DNA of 64,000 nt, taken from NCBI GenBank assembly GCA_965228895.1, contig OZ245842.1:5024001-5088000 (forward strand), read 5' to 3'. The notes under the pieces are model-generated. The model was given only the letters and a program-made list of their open reading frames with translations. It was not told the origin of the DNA and made no database searches. Within the stretch, counting starts at the first letter, position 1. Every line of letters starts with the position of its first letter. The stretch is from Alphaproteobacteria bacterium (GTDB taxonomy: Bacteria > Pseudomonadota > Alphaproteobacteria > SP197). The translations under genes and the position numbers were made by a program. Positions 59,569 through 64,000 of this stretch are shown in pieces.

Positions 59569-60915
59569 TCACACGTTCAGCAGCAGGTGTTCGCGTTCCC
59601 AGGGGCTAATGACGTCCTGGTACTGGTTGTGCTCGGTCAGCTTGACCGAGACCAGCAGGTCGACGAAGTCGTCGCCCAGGACCTTGCGCAGCGGTTTCGA
59701 GCGCTGGAAGCGCGTCAGCGCATCCGGCAGGTGGCTCGGCAGGCCCTGGCCCTTGGCGCGATAGGCGTCACCGGTCTGGGGTTTGCCCGGCTCCAGGCCC
59801 TCGACCATGCCCAGATAGCCGCAGGCCAGCGTACCGGCGATAGCGAGATAAGGGTTCACGTCGACACCGGCGACACGGTTTTCGACCCGGCGCCCCGTGC
59901 GGTCTGATTCCGGCACGCGCAGGCCGACCGTGCGGTTTTCGTAGCCCCAATGGGTGTTGATCGGCGCGTCACTATCGGCGCGCAGTCGGCGGTAGCTGTT
60001 CACGTTGGGTGCAAACAGCGGCATGGCGGCGGCGAGGTAATGCTGCAAGCCGGCAATATGGGCGTGGAACAGCTTGGTGTCGCGGCCCTTGGCGTCGGCG
60101 AAGACGTTGCGCCCGGTCTTGGTGTTGACGATCGATTGGTGGATGTGCATGGCCGAGCCCGCCTCGCCCGCGATCGGCTTGGCCATGAACGTCGCGTAGA
60201 CCTTGTGACGCAGCGCCGCCTCGCGGGTCGCGCGTTTGAAGACCAGCACCTGGTCGGCCAGCGCCATGGGGTCGCCGTGGTGAAAGTTGATCTCCAACTG
60301 CGCCGGGCCGCTCTCGTGGATCAGCGTATCGACGCCGACGCCGGCGGCTTCGCAGAAGCTGTAGAGGTCGTCCATCACGTGGTCGAACTCGTTGACCGCG
60401 TCGATGCCGTAGGCCTGGCTGCCGGCTTCCTGACGGCCGGAGCGGCCTTCCGGCGGCTCCAGCGGATAGTCGGGATCTCTGTTGGTGGCGACCAGATAGA
60501 ACTCCAGCTCCGGCGCGATGACCGGCTTCCAGTTGCGCTCGGCATAGAGCTCGAGGACGCGGGCCAGAACCTGGCGCGGCGCGACGCCGACCGGCGTGCC
60601 GTCGCGCGTGACGCAGTCGCAGATCACCTGCGCGGTTGGCTCCTCGTACCAGGGCACCAACCGCAAGGTGGAGATGTCGGGATTGAGGATCATGTCGGGC
60701 GATGTCGGGTCGCCCGGGAACGGCTCGGGGTATTCGCCGGTTACCGTCTGATAGAAAATGTCCTGGGGCAGGCGCAGCGACGCGCTTTTCAACGACGCCA
60801 GGAAACGTTCGCGCGGCAGGATCTTGCCGCGCGCGATGCCGGTCAGATCCGGCACCATGCATTCGACGTCGTCGATCCGGTTGGCCTTAAGCCACTTGGC
60901 CGCGTCGGTTGTCAT
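59569..60915 (-). CDS. Glutamine synthetase-like gamma-glutamyl-polyamine ligase (PuuA/SpuB-type)
   Basis: PDLTGIARGK, PELEFYL, HESG..Q.EIN, FMAKP, GSAMHIH, NRTVGLRVP. Confidence 0.9.
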   Translation of the reverse strand: MTTDAAKWLKANRIDDVECMVPDLTGIARGKILPRERFLASLKSASLRLPQDIFYQTVTGEYPEPFPGDPTSPDMILNPDISTLRLVPWYEEPTAQVICDCVTRDGTPVGVAPRQVLARVLELYAERNWKPVIAPELEFYLVATNRDPDYPLEPPEGRSGRQEAGSQAYGIDAVNEFDHVMDDLYSFCEAAGVGVDTLIHESGPAQLEINFHHGDPMALADQVLVFKRATREAALRHKVYATFMAKPIAGEAGSAMHIHQSIVNTKTGRNVFADAKGRDTKLFHAHIAGLQHYLAAAMPLFAPNVNSYRRLRADSDAPINTHWGYENRTVGLRVPESDRTGRRVENRVAGVDVNPYLAIAGTLACGYLGMVEGLEPGKPQTGDAYRAKGQGLPSHLPDALTRFQRSKPLRKVLGDDFVDLLVSVKLTEHNQYQDVISPWEREHLLLNV

Positions 60916-61714
60916 CAGAAACGTCCCCCTTGGCCGCTGCGTAAGCCCGGCACGCGTCGCCGAACGCGGTGAACAAGGCGTGGTCCGCCGGGCGTTCATG
61001 GAAACGCCATTCGGGATGCCATTGCACGCCCAGCATGAAGCCCGCTGCATCCTTGTGGCTGACCGCCTCGACCTGACCGTCCGGCGCTACCGCCTCGACA
61101 ACCAGGCAATCGGCGACCCGGTCAATGCCTTGGCCGTGGATCGAGTTGACGGTGTAGTGCGTCTCGCCGGTGATCTTGTGCAGCAGGCCGCCCGGTGTCA
61201 CGTCGATCGTGTGGGCCGGCGCGTACTGCTCCTCGCGTGACTTCGTCTCGTCGGCGCGATGATCAAACCGGCCGGGCACTTCTTCGACATGCTGGAACAG
61301 CGTGCCGCCGAGCGCGGCGTTCAGTTCCTGGATGCCGCGGCACACCGCCATCAACGGCATGCCCCGCGCGATCGTGTGGTGGATCAGTTTCAGGGTCAGC
61401 GCGTCACGCTGGGGATCGCGCGCCGTCGTCGGCCGGGGTTCGTGGCCGCCATAGTGATGCGGTTCGACGTTCGAGAGACTGCCGGTCAGAAACACGCCGT
61501 CGAGACGATCAAGCAAGTCGTCGAGATCGACCAGGGCGTCCAACGCATCGAGGTCAGCGCCACCGCCCAACGCCGGGATCATCAGCGGCATGGTGCCGGC
61601 GCCATGGGCGACGGCGTTGATGTACTTCTCGCCGACCGCGTGGAACGGGTGGATGTCGATCTGCTTGACGCAACAGGGAATGCCGACCAGCGGCAGGGGG
61701 AGGTGACGGTTCAT
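60887..61714 (-). CDS. puuD: Gamma-glutamyl-GABA hydrolase (PuuD/SpuA, peptidase C26)
   Basis: TGSLSNVEP, AVCRGIQE, VNSIHGQG, GVQWHPE. Confidence 0.9.
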   Translation of the reverse strand: MNRHLPLPLVGIPCCVKQIDIHPFHAVGEKYINAVAHGAGTMPLMIPALGGGADLDALDALVDLDDLLDRLDGVFLTGSLSNVEPHHYGGHEPRPTTARDPQRDALTLKLIHHTIARGMPLMAVCRGIQELNAALGGTLFQHVEEVPGRFDHRADETKSREEQYAPAHTIDVTPGGLLHKITGETHYTVNSIHGQGIDRVADCLVVEAVAPDGQVEAVSHKDAAGFMLGVQWHPEWRFHERPADHALFTAFGDACRAYAAAKGDVSDDNRRGQVA

Positions 61715-61772
61715 GGCGGAAATGGCTAGCATGGCGCCCTGGGCACGGCAAGCGGGTGCCCTTTAGGGTGAC

Positions 61773-62546
61773 ATGGACATTACAGCACTTCTAAGCGCTA
61801 AGACCGCTATCGTGGCCGTTGGCTTCGTTTTGCTGCTGATCGCCGAACGGGTCTGGCCGGCCGAATTGCGGCTCGGCGGCTGGCCGCGCGTCGCGCGCAA
61901 TGGCGGGCTTTTGGTCATCAACATGGCGCTGGCGCCGTTGATCGTCGTGCCGCTGGCCGCCTGGGCGACGACCTGGCATGTCGGCTTAAGGCCCGACTGG
62001 TGGAACGGCGCCTGGGCCGTCGCGCTCGACCTGGTGCTGCTCGATCTGTGGCTTTATGGCTGGCATCGCGCCAACCATCGGGTGCCGTTCCTGTGGCGCT
62101 TCCACGAAGTCCATCACCGCGACCGCTTTCTTGACGTCACGACGGCCGTTCGTTTTCACGCCGGCGAGGTCGTCCTGTCGGCGCTGGCCCGCATGATCCC
62201 GATCGCCCTGCTGGACATCCCCCTAACGTCGGTTCTGTTGCTGGAGGGCCTGTTGCTGATCGCGACCGGCTTCCATCATTCCAACCTCAAGCTGCCGCGC
62301 CGGTTTGAACGCGTGTTGTCGTGGCTGATCGTGACGCCCTCGATCCACTGGGTGCACCATCACAACATCGTTCGCGACACGGACTCGAACTATGCGACGG
62401 TCCTGTCGTGCTGGGACCGGATCTTCGCCAGCCGCAGCCCGAACCCGCGCACCCACGGCATGCCGTTGGGGGTTCAGGGCGAAGACGAGTTGAGTTTCCC
62501 TCGCCTGCTGGTGCAGCCCTTCACGTCGAGAGCGGATCGTGGATAG
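61773..62546 (+). CDS. Sterol desaturase/fatty acid hydroxylase family membrane enzyme
   Basis: His boxes HRANH, HEVHH, HHSN, HWVHH. Confidence 0.92.
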   Translation: MDITALLSAKTAIVAVGFVLLLIAERVWPAELRLGGWPRVARNGGLLVINMALAPLIVVPLAAWATTWHVGLRPDWWNGAWAVALDLVLLDLWLYGWHRANHRVPFLWRFHEVHHRDRFLDVTTAVRFHAGEVVLSALARMIPIALLDIPLTSVLLLEGLLLIATGFHHSNLKLPRRFERVLSWLIVTPSIHWVHHHNIVRDTDSNYATVLSCWDRIFASRSPNPRTHGMPLGVQGEDELSFPRLLVQPFTSRADRG

Positions 62547-62656
62547 GCAGAGTCCTTAGACGACTCTGCCTATCCACGTGAATCCGCTCTCCTGATCTTT
62601 GATGGAGAGCAAGATTCACGTTTCGGATTGAGTCAATCCGAAGCGATCTTGCTCTC
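62528..62656. repeat. REP-doublet-like element: two related hairpins in inverted orientation
   Basis: Unit A 62528-62591 (10+17 bp stem, TGA bulge); unit B 62605-62656 (11+13 bp stem, TCA bulge); both bounded by GAGAGC...GCTCTC. Confidence 0.85.
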
Positions 62657-63964
62657 GGCGGCCCGCACCAGGGCCGGATAACGCGCCCACAGCGTGAGCG
62701 CACGCAGCGCGTACATGATGTAGAAGCTGATCCAAAGACCGTGGTTGTCGAAGGCGGCCCACAACCCGATGGCGATCGGCACATAGGCAATCAGGACGAT
62801 CAGCATCGCATTGCGCATATCCGCGCCCCGTGTCGCGCCGACAAAGACACCGTCCAGCTGGAACGACCAGAACGCTGCCAGCGGCATCAAAGCGGCATAC
62901 GGCAAGTAGATGTAGGCGACCTGCCGGACCTCCTCGATATCGGTCAAGAGGTGGATGATCGGAACGCCCAACAGGGCGAAGACGAGGCTGGCGAGGGCCG
63001 CCGTCATGACCGACCACAAGGTTGTCACCCGAACCGCGGTCCTGAGCAGCCGGCGGTTGCGCCGGCCATAGGCCTCGCCGACGATGGCCTCGGCGGCGTT
63101 GGCGAAACCGTCCAAGCCGTAAGCGGCGAAGCTCAGGAACATCACCAGCACTTCGTTGGCCGCCAGCGTTACGTCGCCGATCCGCGCGCTCAAGGCGATG
63201 AAGACGGCGAACGAGACATTGAGGGCGACGGTGCGCACCAGGAGATCGCGGTTGAGCGCGACGATCGGGCGATAGAGTCCGAGATCCAACAGACCGCCGA
63301 CACGCCAGGACCCGGGATAGGGTTTGACCAGCCGCAGCAGGACAAGAACACCCAGGCCAAGTCCGATCCACTCGGCCACGGCGGTGGCGGCGGCCAGGCC
63401 CGCAATGCCCCAATCGAAGCCGAAGACGAAAATGAAATTGAGCACGATGTTGAGGCTCGCGATGACGGCCTGGACAGCGAGCGCCCAACTCGTGCGTTGG
63501 GTTCCGATCAACCAGCCGAGCACGACATAGTTCCCCAGCGTCGCCGGCGCGCTCCAGATCCTGACGTCGAAATAGATGCGCGCCTGCCGGGTGACCTCGG
63601 GACTGGCATCGACCAGGGTCAGTGCCAACCAGCCGATGGGAACCTGCAAGACCAGGATGACAAGCGCGATGACGAGCGCGACAACGCCGGCGCGCGCGGC
63701 GACGGCGCGGAGCTCGGCACCGTCGGCGCGGCCGATTGCCTGGGCGACGTAGCCGGTCGTGCTGAGCTTCAGGAACCCGAAGGTCCAGAAGACGAAGCTG
63801 AAGATCAAAACCGCGACCGCGACGCCGCCCAGATACTCCGGGCCCGGCAGGTGACCGGCGACCGCGGTATCGACCGCGCCGACAACCGGCAAGGTGAGGT
63901 TCGACAGGATGATCGGCCCGGCGAAACGCAGGACGCGCCGGTGCCAATACATGGTGTCCGCCAT
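62633..63964 (-). CDS. MATE family efflux transporter (DinF-like)
   Basis: PIILSNLTLPVVGAVDTAVAGHL, FGFLKLSTTG, LDGFANAAEA. Confidence 0.93.
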   Translation of the reverse strand: MADTMYWHRRVLRFAGPIILSNLTLPVVGAVDTAVAGHLPGPEYLGGVAVAVLIFSFVFWTFGFLKLSTTGYVAQAIGRADGAELRAVAARAGVVALVIALVILVLQVPIGWLALTLVDASPEVTRQARIYFDVRIWSAPATLGNYVVLGWLIGTQRTSWALAVQAVIASLNIVLNFIFVFGFDWGIAGLAAATAVAEWIGLGLGVLVLLRLVKPYPGSWRVGGLLDLGLYRPIVALNRDLLVRTVALNVSFAVFIALSARIGDVTLAANEVLVMFLSFAAYGLDGFANAAEAIVGEAYGRRNRRLLRTAVRVTTLWSVMTAALASLVFALLGVPIIHLLTDIEEVRQVAYIYLPYAALMPLAAFWSFQLDGVFVGATRGADMRNAMLIVLIAYVPIAIGLWAAFDNHGLWISFYIMYALRALTLWARYPALVRAAESKIASD

Positions 63965-64000
63965 GGGATCGCCTGCGCGATCAATCATGGCGCAGGATCG

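Overview
A GC-rich alphaproteobacterial chromosome segment spanning the replication origin. Gene content and order look Rhodospirillales-like, which is an inference. The conserved backbone, left to right, is porin, DUF3576-leuS-lptE-holA, parB-parA-rsmG-mnmG-mnmE (four parS palindromes), rho-hemJ-hemH-hemE, oriC (~31.0-31.4 kb), PPDK/PEPS regulator-maf-aroE-coaE-dnaQ, secB-fxsA, tim44-mltA ... smr ... hslUV. Accessory material: (i) at least five tandem PAPS-dependent sulfotransferases running off the left edge; (ii) a Tat-exported alkaline-phosphatase-fold protein with a frameshifted membrane partner, a BesD/HalD-like Fe/2OG oxygenase and an ECF41 module between qor and rho; (iii) lutABC plus an orphan Rieske oxygenase between mltA and smr; (iv) a DUF2628-GNAT pair beside hslV that lacks its usual his neighbours; (v) a three-gene operon I do not recognise, encoding a signal+propeptide+Cys/Trp-rich peptide, a membrane/coiled-coil protein and an exported TPR-like/SPOR-like protein (best candidate for a new system); (vi) a split gamma-glutamyl-polyamine locus; (vii) a REP-doublet-like double hairpin. 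I saw no rRNA, tRNA, CRISPR array, integrase or transposase. All calls come from motif recognition by eye; no searches were run.
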